From an uncultured Candidatus Saccharibacteria bacterium (GTDB lineage: Bacteria; Patescibacteriota; Minisyncoccia; JAHISW01; Tagabacteraceae): a DNA stretch of 64,000 bases. The stretch covers positions 3,116 to 67,115 of the forward strand of contig CAZRMW010000003.1 of the NCBI GenBank assembly GCA_964601305.1, given 5' to 3'. The translations under genes were made by a program, and so were the position numbers. Below the pieces are notes generated by a model that was given only the letters and a program-made list of their open reading frames with translations, made no database searches and had not been told where the DNA came from. Numbering within the stretch: the first letter of the stretch is position 1; each line of letters starts with the position of its first letter. This document shows, piece after piece, positions 37,729 to 47,585 of the stretch.

Positions 37729-38112
37729 TTATTTTTTATCAGCCTTTCTTCTTCCGCTAGTCATCGTCCTACGACCCTTGTAAGATCTATTTGTTCTAGA
37801 ATTTGTCTTTGTTCTTTGACCTCGTACTGGTAGCTGTCTAGAATGCCTACCTCCTCTGTAGGTTTTTATATCTTTTAATCTCTTTATATTACCCAAAACA
37901 TCTCTTCTTAAATCTGCCTCTATTCTTTCTTTTTCTACCAAAAGTCTGATTTTGTTTTCTTCTTCTGAAGTAAGATCTTTTACTTTTTTGTCAAAAGGAA
38001 CTTTTACTTCTGTAAGAATTTTTTGCGCGCTAACTTTGCCTATTCCATAAAAATAAGTAAGAGCAATCTCTAATCTTTTGTTTTCTGGTATGTTTACTCC
38101 TGATATTCGCAT
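37729..38112 (-). CDS. rpsM: 30S ribosomal protein S13
   Basis: The N-terminus [25 protein letters not shown] and a basic C-terminus are present. Confidence 0.9.
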   Translation of the reverse strand: MRISGVNIPENKRLEIALTYFYGIGKVSAQKILTEVKVPFDKKVKDLTSEEENKIRLLVEKERIEADLRRDVLGNIKRLKDIKTYRGGRHSRQLPVRGQRTKTNSRTNRSYKGRRTMTSGRRKADKK

Positions 38113-38299
38113 GTGTTTAAAATTAACGAGCGAAGCGAGTATAATTTTTTACACCCCGCCCTTTTATATCTTTTCTTGGTTTTTAATTATTACTATTTTT
38201 AATACTCATATTCTTTATTTGCAATACCTCGCTTCTGTGTATAAGGGCGGGGTAAAGGTTTGCCTACGAAATTTTTTACAAAATTTCGGGCAATTCGCT
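38113..38299 (+). repeat. ~187-bp repeat element copy 1 filling the rpmJ-rpsM intergenic gap (internal long-range inverted repeat CACCCCGCCC...GGGCGGGGT; promoter-like TTTAAA-N18-TATAAT; 3-prime hairpin GCCTACGAAATTTT..AAAATTTCGGGC)
   Basis: It aligns end-to-end at about 75-80% identity with 41668-41858. It begins at the nucleotide after the rpsM start codon. Confidence 0.6.
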
Positions 38300-38416
38300 T
38301 TACTTCTGTCTTTGTTTGTGTTTAGGATTTTTTCGGCAAATAACCACAACTCGACCCCTGCGTCGCGTCATTTTGCAATCCTTACAAATTTTTTTAACTG
38401 ATACTCTAACTTTCAT
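38300..38416 (-). CDS. rpmJ: 50S ribosomal protein L36
   Basis: The reverse-complement ORF encodes [38 protein letters not shown], which is 38 aa. It is not in the ORF track because it is shorter than 60 aa. Confidence 0.85.
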   Translation of the reverse strand: MKVRVSVKKICKDCKMTRRRGRVVVICRKNPKHKQRQK

Positions 38417-38420
38417 GTTT

Positions 38421-38636
38421 TTAAAATCTTCTATTTATCCTGCCCTTTCCCCCATACTCGCTCATTTCTACTTGAACTTTGTCTCCTACTAAAACTTTTA
38501 TCCTATACATCCTCATTTTCCCCGAAAGATGGGCTAAAATTTCTTCTTTCGTGTCGTCTAATATTACTCTAAAAGTGGTGTTGGGTAGAGCTTCTGTAAC
38601 TCTTCCCATAAGAACATTTATATCTTTTTTGGGCAT
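38421..38636 (-). CDS. infA: translation initiation factor IF-1
   Basis: An S1-like fold is present. [24 protein letters not shown] ... [14 protein letters not shown] is the IF-1 signature. Confidence 0.9.
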   Translation of the reverse strand: MPKKDINVLMGRVTEALPNTTFRVILDDTKEEILAHLSGKMRMYRIKVLVGDKVQVEMSEYGGKGRINRRF

Positions 38637-39060
38637 TTATTAAATATCATTAAAAATTTGCCAATATTAATATGGCTTATTTGAAATAGTAGCAAAAATA
38701 GCCCTAAAGTGTCAAGGCTTTTTAGCCTTAAAATATTCAAACCACCTAAATCTAGGGCTAGATTTAGGTGGTTTAGCCCTAATTCACCACAAAAACACAT
38801 AAATCTCCTGTTTTTCTTATATAACAGAACTAATGAAAACTCCTAGATAATATGGCCATACAATAATAGCAAGCACCCCTTTCCAAAAAGAAAGTTGTAA
38901 AAACCCTATTGTAAACAGCCATCCTGTAAACCAAGAAAAAACCGTAAGGCTTTCATTTTTAATTTTTATTTTTTGCATGTTTTTATTGTATCACATTCTT
39001 ATTGATTTTTAAAAAATATATGTTATTTTATCCTTAGATTAAAAATACTATAGGAGGAAA

Positions 39061-39234
39061 AAAATGGAAATTTTGAGTGCTCTAGGTGTTGTTTTTGCAA
39101 TGATTGCTGGATTGTTTTTACCACGCCTTATCGGAACCATTCTCTTAGGAGTAATAGTTGGTGGAGGAGGTTGGTGGTTTTTGTTTGCCCCATTAGCTGT
39201 ACTTGCTCTTATTGTAGATTTATTTACACTTTGA
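39061..39234 (+). CDS. small hydrophobic protein (57 aa)
   Basis: The protein is MEILSALGVVFAMIAGLFLPRLIGTILLGVIVGGGGWWFLFAPLAVLALIVDLFTL. A GGAGG SD sits upstream. A bidirectional terminator follows. Confidence 0.3.
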   Translation, partial: KMEILSALGVVFAMIAGLFLPRLIGTILLGVIVGGGGWWFLFAPLAVLALIVDLFTL

Positions 39235-39254
39235 TATGTTTTTGTTTTTAAAGA

Positions 39255-39277
39255 CCCCCGGAATTCCGGGGGTTTTA
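39255..39277. terminator. bidirectional intrinsic terminator (perfect palindrome CCCCCGGAATTCCGGGGG flanked by A and T runs)
   Basis: It was read directly from the sequence. It shares the 5-prime half AAAGACCCCCGGAA with the hairpins at about 8229 and 8341. Confidence 0.6.
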
Positions 39278-39279
39278 AT

Positions 39280-40017
39280 TTAAAAAATAAATTTTAGACC
39301 AAAAGTTAACAAAACCCCAAGCAAAAAGACCAAAAAATACGCAATAGATCGAAAAAAATTTGTCTCTTTTTTGATTTCCGGCACCAAGTCTGAAGCTGCA
39401 ATATAGATAAACCCACCAGCAGCAAATGGAAGCAAATAAGGAATAACACTCTCTAAAGAAAGAGAAATAAAATAGCCCACTATTCCACCAAACACCACAC
39501 TAAGCGCCACTAAATAATTCATAATTAGGGCTTTCGTTTTTTTAAACCCTGCATAAATAAGCACGCCAAAATCCCCAATCTCTTGTGGTATTTCGTGCAA
39601 GGCTACAGCAAGAGTGGTTACCACTCCTAACTTTACATCAATCACAAAGGCTGCCGCTATCACGAGCCCATCTATAAAATTATGCACGCCATCTCCCAAA
39701 AGATTTATGTATCCAAAAGTATGCACTTTGCATTGCCCATCGTGGCAATGTCTCCAATGAAAGACCTTTTCTATAAAAAAGAAAAAAACAAAAGCCCCGA
39801 GTGTTGTTAAAAACAGGATTTCGCCGCTAATTTCTTCGGCAGCTTCTGGCAGTAGATGTAAAAATGCTCCACCCATCATTGTTCCAGCAGAGAGAGAAAC
39901 TAGAAATAAAACAATTTTAGAAAGTAATTTTTCTTTAAAAAACAAAAAGAACAAGGCTACCCAAACTGCCAAGCTTATACAAAAAGTGGCAACAATAATA
40001 CTAGTTAAAATGGACAT
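39280..40017 (-). CDS. zupT: ZIP-family zinc transporter (ZupT-like)
   Basis: The protein has 8 TM segments. The motifs HNFIDGLVIAAAF and HEIPQEIGDFGVL are present. Confidence 0.8.
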   Translation of the reverse strand: MSILTSIIVATFCISLAVWVALFFLFFKEKLLSKIVLFLVSLSAGTMMGGAFLHLLPEAAEEISGEILFLTTLGAFVFFFFIEKVFHWRHCHDGQCKVHTFGYINLLGDGVHNFIDGLVIAAAFVIDVKLGVVTTLAVALHEIPQEIGDFGVLIYAGFKKTKALIMNYLVALSVVFGGIVGYFISLSLESVIPYLLPFAAGGFIYIAASDLVPEIKKETNFFRSIAYFLVFLLGVLLTFGLKFIF

Positions 40018-40145
40018 AATTTTATTTTACCTGTCCACAATACCGACTGCAAGCATAGCAAATTGACACAACAAGATGTTTTTAGTATATTTTTATTAGA
40101 AGCAAAAAATAAATAAAAAAATCTAAAAATGAAAGGGTAGCAAAC

Positions 40146-40340
40146 ATGCAAGAAAAGTCATATTTTTATTTGGTCAAACATCCAGGAGACACAGTGAAAA
40201 TGGGGAAAATTGCTAGACTTCTTAGGCAAAGATACTGCGCTATTTATGTGAGAAGTGAATATGGAGATAGAGTATACAAAACCATCGTGCCCATTCCCAA
40301 AGATTTTATGAAAAAATACAGCATTATTGATTGGCATTAA
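40146..40340 (+). CDS. hypothetical small protein
   Basis: ORF of 64 aa followed by a hairpin plus T-run terminator. I prefer it over the antisense ORF 40158-40358. Confidence 0.35.
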   Translation: MQEKSYFYLVKHPGDTVKMGKIARLLRQRYCAIYVRSEYGDRVYKTIVPIPKDFMKKYSIIDWH

Positions 40341-40413
40341 TTTTTTCGATAAAAACAAAGACTCGCTCAGATTTTACTATCCAGCGAGTCTTTTTTATTG
40401 CAAAAGTTTTAAG

Positions 40414-41667
40414 TTAGTTAACTATTTCTTCAATTCTTATTTTAGATTCTTTTTCTGGAAAAAATCTCCACCATGATGGACTAAACACAATAGAAGCATG
40501 GTCTATAGCCGGATAATTTTTAAATACTTCTTCTAGTCTTTCTGGCGAAGCTATAAGAGCTTCTTTTAGCTTAGCTTCGTCTAGTATCCAAACAAAATTT
40601 GCATTACCACTAAGCTTGAAAACCATACTCTGTTTTTCTTTGTCTAGGCTTATCAAATCAAAATCTAATTTTTCTAAATTATTTATTTTTACTTTTCCTA
40701 ACATATCTTCGCCTAAATATTTTCCTACTAAAATTTTAGACAAAATATTTTCTGGAATGAGAACGGCATAAAGTGTACCAGTTTCTTTTATTTTAAATTC
40801 TGGGTTTGTAGAAATTAAGTCTGTGCTATTTTGAGCTTCGTTTTCAGAAAAAGTAATTTGAATAGCGCCACTATAAAGTAAAAATCCTTCGGGTTTTTTC
40901 TCTACAGCCTTTTCAAGAAGCGCTGTTCTTATGGATGCTTCTAGAGAATTTTTTAAATTATTAAAATCACTGTCGCTAACTACTGGTACTTCCCCACTAA
41001 AACCTCCTGCCATAGTGGTTTTACTTCTAGCATAAAATTTTTCATAGCGAGGCCCGCCCTTAAATCCAGGAATAGTAAAATCAGTAAGCTCTTTGTTATA
41101 TTCTTCTCCTGGTTTGTCTGCATATACTACTGCTTCTATCGAGCTCGGTTGCACCTCTCCATCGATTATTTTTGCCCCAGGAACTATTATTGATTTTTTG
41201 ATACGATAAATTTTTCCATCTGGGGCTTCAAATCTTGTGGTAGCAATAAGTTTTTGAGACTTTGAGCTAAAACTATTATAAACAACGATTGTACCACTTG
41301 CTTTGGTGGCAATATTTTTTACACCAGTGGCTTGTGTGGAATTTTCTTTGGTAACTTTTATTTCCATTGTTTCAAATGGCACATCAAAAAACGCTGTTTT
41401 ACCAGACTTTACAAGAGTATCTATACTAACAACTTCCTGATGAAGAGTAATTTGAATAATGGCTTTAGCAAAAAATCCTACTGTTTTTGCAGATAAAACA
41501 ACAACAAGAAACAAAACAACTAGACCAAAAATTATCTTTCCTTTTTTCATTTTTTTAAACAAATCATTGTCACGATTCTTTCTTACTCTTTTTATCGGCT
41601 CATCGAAAAAGTCTCTTTTTTTCTTTCCTTTTTTTATTATAATATCTTCTATTTTTGGTTTAGGCAT
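40414..41667 (-). CDS. hypothetical membrane-anchored protein (basic N-terminus, single TM, large extracytoplasmic domain)
   Basis: The protein is 417 aa. An N-terminal Lys-rich segment precedes a TM helix. I recognise no family. Confidence 0.5.
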   Translation of the reverse strand: MPKPKIEDIIIKKGKKKRDFFDEPIKRVRKNRDNDLFKKMKKGKIIFGLVVLFLVVVLSAKTVGFFAKAIIQITLHQEVVSIDTLVKSGKTAFFDVPFETMEIKVTKENSTQATGVKNIATKASGTIVVYNSFSSKSQKLIATTRFEAPDGKIYRIKKSIIVPGAKIIDGEVQPSSIEAVVYADKPGEEYNKELTDFTIPGFKGGPRYEKFYARSKTTMAGGFSGEVPVVSDSDFNNLKNSLEASIRTALLEKAVEKKPEGFLLYSGAIQITFSENEAQNSTDLISTNPEFKIKETGTLYAVLIPENILSKILVGKYLGEDMLGKVKINNLEKLDFDLISLDKEKQSMVFKLSGNANFVWILDEAKLKEALIASPERLEEVFKNYPAIDHASIVFSPSWWRFFPEKESKIRIEEIVN

Positions 41668-41858
41668 GCTTGAAAATTAATGAACGAAGTGAATATAATT
41701 TTTTGCACCCCGCCCTCTTAATATTTTTTCTTAATTGTTAATCTTTATTATTTTTATACCTATTTTTTAATTACAAATCCCTGCTCTTGTGTGTGAGGGC
41801 GGGGTAAAGGTTTGCCTACGAAATTTTAAATAAAATTTCGGGCAATTCTTCTTTATTT
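41668..41858 (+). repeat. ~190-bp repeat element copy 2 (TTGAAA-N18-TATAAT promoter-like box, CACCCCGCCC...GGGCGGGGT inverted repeat, 3-prime hairpin plus U-rich tail), beginning right after the start codon of the 40414-41667 gene
   Basis: It is a paralogue of 38113-38299 with the same orientation, antisense to the flanking minus-strand genes. Confidence 0.6.
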
Positions 41859-41860
41859 TA

Positions 41861-43060
41861 TCATTTTAAATACTTGTTTGCAAAAAGCGCAGAAAGCAAA
41901 AGTGAAAAATCAGATTCACTCAATCCTTTACTTTTATTATCGAAATATCCTCCCAAGGAATAAGGAGACAACAATTTTATAGCAAAATGTTTTTTAAAAA
42001 TTGTTAAATTTGCAAAATCTGGACTTTCAATTCTTTTTTCTAGTTTTTTAAGCAATGTTGGCATCTTTTTTTCACTAAACATTGGCGAGGAAAGTTCGCA
42101 TAAAAAAAGATTTTGAGGTAAAAATCTATCTTTAGCTATCTCTATCAAAAGACCTCCTAAAGATTTTTGCCACTCATCTAAGGCTTTGCTAACAACTAGG
42201 TCTACCTTCTTAAAAACATCATCTTTCAAGTCCTTTCGCTGATATTTTAAAAACAAAGACCTTGCGTCCACCAAGCTTTTTCCAAAAGTTTTAGCGATAC
42301 TGTCTATAAAAAAATTCTCTCCTTTCGGAAATGAATTAACTTCTTCTATGATTCCATTTCTCATTATAAAAATATCTGTAATTTCTCCACTGATATCTAC
42401 AACCACAGCTCCCTCTTTCATGTTTGCAACTCCACTTAGGATTTTAAAAACAACAAATGGAAAACTGTGAAAAAAAACACTACCCTCGTGTATCTGAGGT
42501 AAAGCCTGTTCTTTAATTTTTTCTTTCAGAGATCCTTGCGACAAACTAAAATATGAAAACATTTCTAGACTGCCGACTTCTTTGTTTAAAAAATTATTTA
42601 CTTCGTATCCATTTAGATTTGCTTTTAAAGGTGTTTTTTCTATAAAGACGTCTTCTTCTTTTTCTTTTTCGTGGGGGATTTTACTTCCCCATTCAAGCCC
42701 AAAACGATGTGCTTCGTCATCTATAAGTTCTTCCATAAAACTTTCGTTTATTTTAAAATTTTTCTCTCGAATAGTTTTTGTTATTCTAGTTTGCGCAATA
42801 TACCAAGGTGCAGAAAAAACACACATAGCCATATCTATATTTTTGTTAGGAGAACTTTTTTCTAAAAAACTAAAAAGAGAAACGATGCTTCTTTCTACAA
42901 AAGGCCATGATGCAGAAAAATTCTTTTCTTTTGGAAAACTTATTTGCTCTCTTTTACTAGATAAAATTGTTGGCTTTCCTTTTGTTTGTTTTTGTAACAA
43001 AAGTGCGCCAATAGACGAGCTGGCAATATCAAAAATAGCAATAGTTTTATCTTTACTCAT
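41861..43060 (-). CDS. hypothetical protein, possibly actin-like ATPase fold (PilM/FtsA-like)
   Basis: The N-terminus IAIFDIASSSIGALLL resembles the phosphate-1 motif of PilM/FtsA. The assignment is weak. Confidence 0.35.
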   Translation of the reverse strand: MSKDKTIAIFDIASSSIGALLLQKQTKGKPTILSSKREQISFPKEKNFSASWPFVERSIVSLFSFLEKSSPNKNIDMAMCVFSAPWYIAQTRITKTIREKNFKINESFMEELIDDEAHRFGLEWGSKIPHEKEKEEDVFIEKTPLKANLNGYEVNNFLNKEVGSLEMFSYFSLSQGSLKEKIKEQALPQIHEGSVFFHSFPFVVFKILSGVANMKEGAVVVDISGEITDIFIMRNGIIEEVNSFPKGENFFIDSIAKTFGKSLVDARSLFLKYQRKDLKDDVFKKVDLVVSKALDEWQKSLGGLLIEIAKDRFLPQNLFLCELSSPMFSEKKMPTLLKKLEKRIESPDFANLTIFKKHFAIKLLSPYSLGGYFDNKSKGLSESDFSLLLSALFANKYLK

Positions 43061-43084
43061 TACTTATATTGTATCACAAGTATT

Positions 43085-44839
43085 TTATTCTAGTATAGCT
43101 TTTATGCGTCTTACTCCGGCAGAGCTAGACTGCTCTTTTTTTATTTTAAACTTTCCAAGCTCACCAGTATTTTCTACATGTGGCCCAGAGCAAATCTCCT
43201 GACTAAAACTATCTATTCCATAAACCTTAACTTTATCCCCATAATCAAATGTGCCATGTGCGCCACTTTCCCGAGCCTTTTCTATTGTCATTTCCTCACA
43301 AACTATTTTTATCTCTTTTTCTATCACTTCGTTTACTAATTTTTCTACTTCTTGTTTTTGTTCATCTGTAAGTTTTTCTGAATGCGAAAAATCAAATCGC
43401 AGTCTTTCTGCAGTAATGTTGCTCCCTTTTTGTACCACATGGTCTCCCAAAACTTTTCTTAAAGCTGCTAAAAGCAAGTGCGCTGCTGTGTGGAGCTTCT
43501 TCGTGTCTTCTGAGGTGTCTGCCAGTCCGCTTTTAAATTTGCCCGCGGACGCTGTGCGTGAGAGTTCTTGATGTTTAGCCATTTCTTCTTCGAACTCTTT
43601 TGTGTCTACAGAGACACCTTTTTCTTCTGCTAGCTCTTCTGTCATTTCGAGCGGGAATCCGTAAGTAGAAAAAAGCACAAACGCATCTTTGCCAGAAATA
43701 ATTTTATCAGCTCCCAGCTTTTCAAATTGTTTTAGACCTTTTTCTAAAGTTTCTCTAAACTTTTTTTCTTCATTGTTTAGTTCTTCTAAAATTGTTTGCT
43801 CGTCGCTCCTGTCATACCAATCAACTCCTCTATAGATTTCAAAAACTTTTTCTGCAACACCACTTGTAAAATTATTTTCTATACCCAATTTTCTTCCACG
43901 CACAATTGCTCGCCTAATTAATCTCCTTAAAATATATCCCTGGTCAACATTTGAAGCATGTACACCATCCATAATTATAAACACACTTGCTTTTATGTGG
44001 TCTGCAATTATTCGCATTGCGCTTGTGGTATCTTTGTTTTCGTCATATTTTTTTCCAGAAAGCTCCTCAATTTTTTTGATTATATTTTCAAAAAGATCTG
44101 TTTTGTAGTCGTCGTCTAACCCGTTCATTATTGCAGTAGTCCTTTCAAGTCCCATTCCAGTATCAATGTTTTGCTGAGCAAGTTTTTTGTATTTCCCATC
44201 AGAGTTCTTGTTGTACTGCATAAAAACATTGTTCCAAACCTCCACCCATCTGTCGTCTTCTGGGTCAAAATTTTCAGGCACTTTTTCTACACCGCCAGTC
44301 CAGTAAAAAATTTCGCTGTCTGGTCCACATGGTCCAGTTTGTCCTGCTGGCCCCCACCAGTTTTCTTTCTTGTCGAGTTTTGCAATCTTGCTTTCTGGTA
44401 TACCTAAATCTATCCAAATCTTATAGGCTTCTTCGTCAAAAAGAGCATTCTCATCTCCTTCAAATACAGATACCGCTAAAAGATTTTTATCTAGCCCTAA
44501 CCATTTTTTATCAGTCAAAAATTCCAAACTCCACTCTAAAGACTCTTTTTTAAAGTAGTCTCCAAGCGACCAATTGCCAAGCATTTCAAAAAAAGTATGG
44601 TGAGTTTTATCACCCACTTCATCTATGTCTATGGTTCTTATACACTTCTGAACATCTGCTAATCTATTGCCTTCTGGGTGTTTTTCGCCCAAAAGATACG
44701 GTACCAGTGGATGCATACCTGCACTTATGAAAAGAGTTGTCGGATCGTTTTCTGGCAACAAAGAAGACGAGGGTATTATTGCATGCCTTTTTTCTTTAAA
44801 AAAATCTAAAAATTTTTGCCTTACTTCACTTGATGTCAT
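43085..44839 (-). CDS. alaS: alanine--tRNA ligase, compact form (catalytic, tRNA-recognition and editing domains; no C-Ala domain)
   Basis: The N-terminus RQKFLDFFKEKRHAIIPSSSLLPENDPTTLFISAGM is typical of AlaRS. The editing-domain HTAAHLL and CSGPHV motifs are present. The protein is 584 aa. Confidence 0.8.
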   Translation of the reverse strand: MTSSEVRQKFLDFFKEKRHAIIPSSSLLPENDPTTLFISAGMHPLVPYLLGEKHPEGNRLADVQKCIRTIDIDEVGDKTHHTFFEMLGNWSLGDYFKKESLEWSLEFLTDKKWLGLDKNLLAVSVFEGDENALFDEEAYKIWIDLGIPESKIAKLDKKENWWGPAGQTGPCGPDSEIFYWTGGVEKVPENFDPEDDRWVEVWNNVFMQYNKNSDGKYKKLAQQNIDTGMGLERTTAIMNGLDDDYKTDLFENIIKKIEELSGKKYDENKDTTSAMRIIADHIKASVFIIMDGVHASNVDQGYILRRLIRRAIVRGRKLGIENNFTSGVAEKVFEIYRGVDWYDRSDEQTILEELNNEEKKFRETLEKGLKQFEKLGADKIISGKDAFVLFSTYGFPLEMTEELAEEKGVSVDTKEFEEEMAKHQELSRTASAGKFKSGLADTSEDTKKLHTAAHLLLAALRKVLGDHVVQKGSNITAERLRFDFSHSEKLTDEQKQEVEKLVNEVIEKEIKIVCEEMTIEKARESGAHGTFDYGDKVKVYGIDSFSQEICSGPHVENTGELGKFKIKKEQSSSAGVRRIKAILE

Positions 44840-44995
44840 TGCTTAAAATAATATTACAGAACGCTATTTTTTTCAATTCTTTTTTCTGTTTGTTTCCCAA
44901 ATACACATTTGTTCGCGATCGCGGAAAAAATGGTATTTGATAAAATTCACAAAATAAAAAAGCCACCCATGAAGGCAGCTTTTTTTTATTTTTCA

Positions 44996-45538
44996 TTACT
45001 TCTGTTCTAGAAGCTTTTTAAAAATCTTTGAAGCGAATTCTTTTTTTTCTTTTTCGTCTTTCTTTTTTTTGTAATGTCTCGTTAATTCAAAATCCCAACC
45101 CACATAGCTTTGATAATTTTCTACAGCATTGATCCAAGAATTAATTTTTTCAATTTCATTTGACTCCAAAGCAATAGAAAAAGCGTTTTCTATAAGACTT
45201 TCTGGTTTGTATTTATAAAATTCAAGAAGATTTTTTGCTTTCTTTTTTGCTTCCGCAAGTTTGTATTCAGGAAGGATGTCTATCCAAGAAGGAATGTAAA
45301 TTAAAAAAGCCAACAACCCTAAAAATAAAAATACACCAAAGGAAACATTTCCTTTAAAACCAGTTAAATCCAATATAATTATTATCAAAAGAATTAAAAC
45401 ACAAAACAGAAAAAATATTATGATAGTGCCTGACCACTTTTTATTTGTATAAAACAATCTTGCAATATCCTCTTGAAACTTATTCAATTCTTTCCCTTTT
45501 TTCTTTTCAGGTTTTAACGCCATCGGTCCTTTAGTCAT
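44996..45538 (-). CDS. hypothetical membrane protein (tandem paralogue of 45531-46046)
   Basis: N-terminal TM helices are present. The segment ILPEYKLAEAKKKAKNLLEF ... EKINSWINAVENYQ is shared with its neighbour. Confidence 0.5.
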   Translation of the reverse strand: MTKGPMALKPEKKKGKELNKFQEDIARLFYTNKKWSGTIIIFFLFCVLILLIIIILDLTGFKGNVSFGVFLFLGLLAFLIYIPSWIDILPEYKLAEAKKKAKNLLEFYKYKPESLIENAFSIALESNEIEKINSWINAVENYQSYVGWDFELTRHYKKKKDEKEKKEFASKIFKKLLEQK

Positions 45539-46046
45539 TTTCCCTCTCCTTAGTTTTCAAAATCATTGCTTCCAAGGCAATTTTTGCCTCAACAGCATCT
45601 CTTATAAGTTCTTCTCTTTTTGATTCTAATTCGGAAAGTTTTTCTAAGACCTTTACTCTTTTTGTGTATTTTTGAGCCATTTCAATCCAAGTCCTAATTT
45701 TTTCATAATCTTTCTTTTTTAAAACTCTTTCTAACGAATCATATAAAAAAGGGTCGTGTTTACCAAATTCGTCAATTCTCTTTGCCTCTTTTATAAGCTG
45801 ATCTAATTTGTATTCCGGAAGATAGTTCTTCCAATCTCTCCCGCACACAAGAGGAATTATGGTAACTAAAAAAATAAAAAGTCCCGAGAAAAAATACATA
45901 ATATCATCTTTCCCGTTGAATCCAAAAACAGTGATGACTAAAAGCAGAAAAGAAACAAGGATCAAGCAAGCTGTAATTCTTGGATATTTATAATCCAATT
46001 TGGCAAAAAAAGTTCTAAATTTTCCTAACTCGTTTTCTTTTTTCAA
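45531..46046 (-). CDS. hypothetical membrane protein (tandem paralogue)
   Basis: The segment YLPEYKLDQLIKEAKRIDEF ... EKIRTWIEMAQKYTK is shared with its neighbour. Confidence 0.5.
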   Translation of the reverse strand: MKKENELGKFRTFFAKLDYKYPRITACLILVSFLLLVITVFGFNGKDDIMYFFSGLFIFLVTIIPLVCGRDWKNYLPEYKLDQLIKEAKRIDEFGKHDPFLYDSLERVLKKKDYEKIRTWIEMAQKYTKRVKVLEKLSELESKREELIRDAVEAKIALEAMILKTKEREND

Positions 46047-46549
46047 GGTAGTCCTCCTTCAATTTTTGGCTGATAAGAAATCATTACTATAACAACTACC
46101 GCCAAAATCATTCCAGTAAAGTTCACCCAGTTAAAAGTCATTGGTTGAAAATTTTTAGGAAAAAATTTGTGCCCCCAAAATGAAACTAAATAAGCAACTA
46201 CACCCCCAAGATTTACTACCGTGAGCGCAATTCCTGGATGAGGACAGGTTGCAGGATTCATAGATTGAATAACAAAGATATTTCCCGTGCTTCCAACAAC
46301 GAAAGCTAAGATAAACAGAACAATCAATGGCCAGCCTTGTGGAATATAGCTTATAAGTGGGTTAGATGAAATTCCTCCCCAAAATAAAAATCCCAGGAAA
46401 CATCCGCAAAACCATACAATAAACACCCCTTCGATTTTTACTCCAAATTTACCAACTAAAATTGGCACAAGGACCAAAAAAGGAACAAACGTAATCATTC
46501 CTCCCAAAGCTTTCACTATCCAATGCCATTCTTTTGCAAATTCTAACAT
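46043..46549 (-). CDS. hypothetical integral membrane protein
   Basis: The protein is 168 aa with 4-5 TM segments. Confidence 0.5.
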   Translation of the reverse strand: MLEFAKEWHWIVKALGGMITFVPFLVLVPILVGKFGVKIEGVFIVWFCGCFLGFLFWGGISSNPLISYIPQGWPLIVLFILAFVVGSTGNIFVIQSMNPATCPHPGIALTVVNLGGVVAYLVSFWGHKFFPKNFQPMTFNWVNFTGMILAVVVIVMISYQPKIEGGLP

Positions 46550-46747
46550 CTTTCACCTCCGTGTATTTTCTTATATTAAATTTACAAAAAACTTACTTAT
46601 TCATACATAAAACAAATTTTGTCAAAAGTCAAGCTAAATATAGTAGCTCTGTTGTTTATTTTTAAAAAATGTATAGATCATGCGGTCGCAGAAAGTATAC
46701 AAACCCAATTCTATCCAATCCCAGTATGTGTTGAAAAAACAAGATAA

Positions 46748-46790
46748 AAAAACCCGGGGCGCCTCCACGCCACGGGTTTTTTTTATCTAA
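46748..46790 (-). terminator. intrinsic terminator (A-run, ACCCGGGGCGCCTCCACGCCACGGGT, T-run; bidirectional)
   Basis: It lies directly after the stop of the 46783-47259 gene. Confidence 0.55.
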
Positions 46791-47259
46791 TTTTACGAGA
46801 TTTCTTTTCTTCCGGGAAGGTGATCGAGTGAATGACCATCGCCTTGCGAGGAGATATCCCCTCCATGCCTTTTACCAGTCGGCCAGAGACCTTAATCTCG
46901 TGTAGACCAACATGTTGGCGAAGCCTTTCGTGCAAGGCTTCAAAAGAGCCTAACACCTCTTCCGGAATCCCTGCTCGCCCGTTTTCCACAAAAATTTTGT
47001 GTCCTTTGGCCTTAAATCCAGCCAAAACTTCTTCGGAAGTTCCAACAACAAGCCGATCCGACACAAGAAGGTATCCCATGAGAAACTTAAAATTACTTTT
47101 CTCATGAAGGTGAAAATGGCCGTAAACCGGAACGATCTTTTGCACTAAAATTGTTCTAGTCAGCATTGCATCGGGTTCTGATTGATCGGAAAAAGGATCG
47201 GCAGTTAAAAAAGCGAGAACCACATAAATTGTTGCTAAGATAGCTATTCCTTTTGCCAT
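46783..47259 (-). CDS. hypothetical secreted protein, GC-rich gene (~50% GC)
   Basis: An N-terminal signal/TM is present. Its composition is strongly atypical for the window. Confidence 0.4.
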   Translation of the reverse strand: MAKGIAILATIYVVLAFLTADPFSDQSEPDAMLTRTILVQKIVPVYGHFHLHEKSNFKFLMGYLLVSDRLVVGTSEEVLAGFKAKGHKIFVENGRAGIPEEVLGSFEALHERLRQHVGLHEIKVSGRLVKGMEGISPRKAMVIHSITFPEEKKSRKIR

Positions 47260-47585
47260 GTGTATGCTCCCTTCAGTTTTTCCAGTTCATCTTCTGCTTT
47301 CATTGTTTCCTCTGGATCGAGAAAACCGCTGGAAATATGAGTTTCGAGTCTTTCTATCTCAGGATCTCCGGCCCAAAGTGGTTCAGGTTCCAAGTTTTCA
47401 CAAACCCTCACCATCTCAATATTTTCCCCAGGGCACTCACTCTCAGGAAGCCTAGTGTTTTTTCCACAAAGTCCCTGGACAAACCAATAGCTTTTTTGCA
47501 TAAATCGGTAGCTCCAACAAAAGAAGCTAAGAATTTTTTTAATCATTGTATTCCTCCCTTCCGAAGTGGATTTGCCGGAGCCCAA
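47244..47585 (-). CDS. hypothetical protein, GC-rich gene
   Basis: It has the same atypical composition and carries Cys-rich CxxxN ... C..E motifs. Confidence 0.35.
   Translation of the reverse strand: MGSGKSTSEGRNTMIKKILSFFCWSYRFMQKSYWFVQGLCGKNTRLPESECPGENIEMVRVCENLEPEPLWAGDPEIERLETHISSGFLDPEETMKAEDELEKLKGAYTWQKE

Noticed and set aside
40158-40358. The 66-aa minus-strand ORF overlapping 40146-40340.
   Set aside because: The plus-strand ORF has a more protein-like sequence and is followed by a matching intrinsic terminator. Only one of the two can be real.
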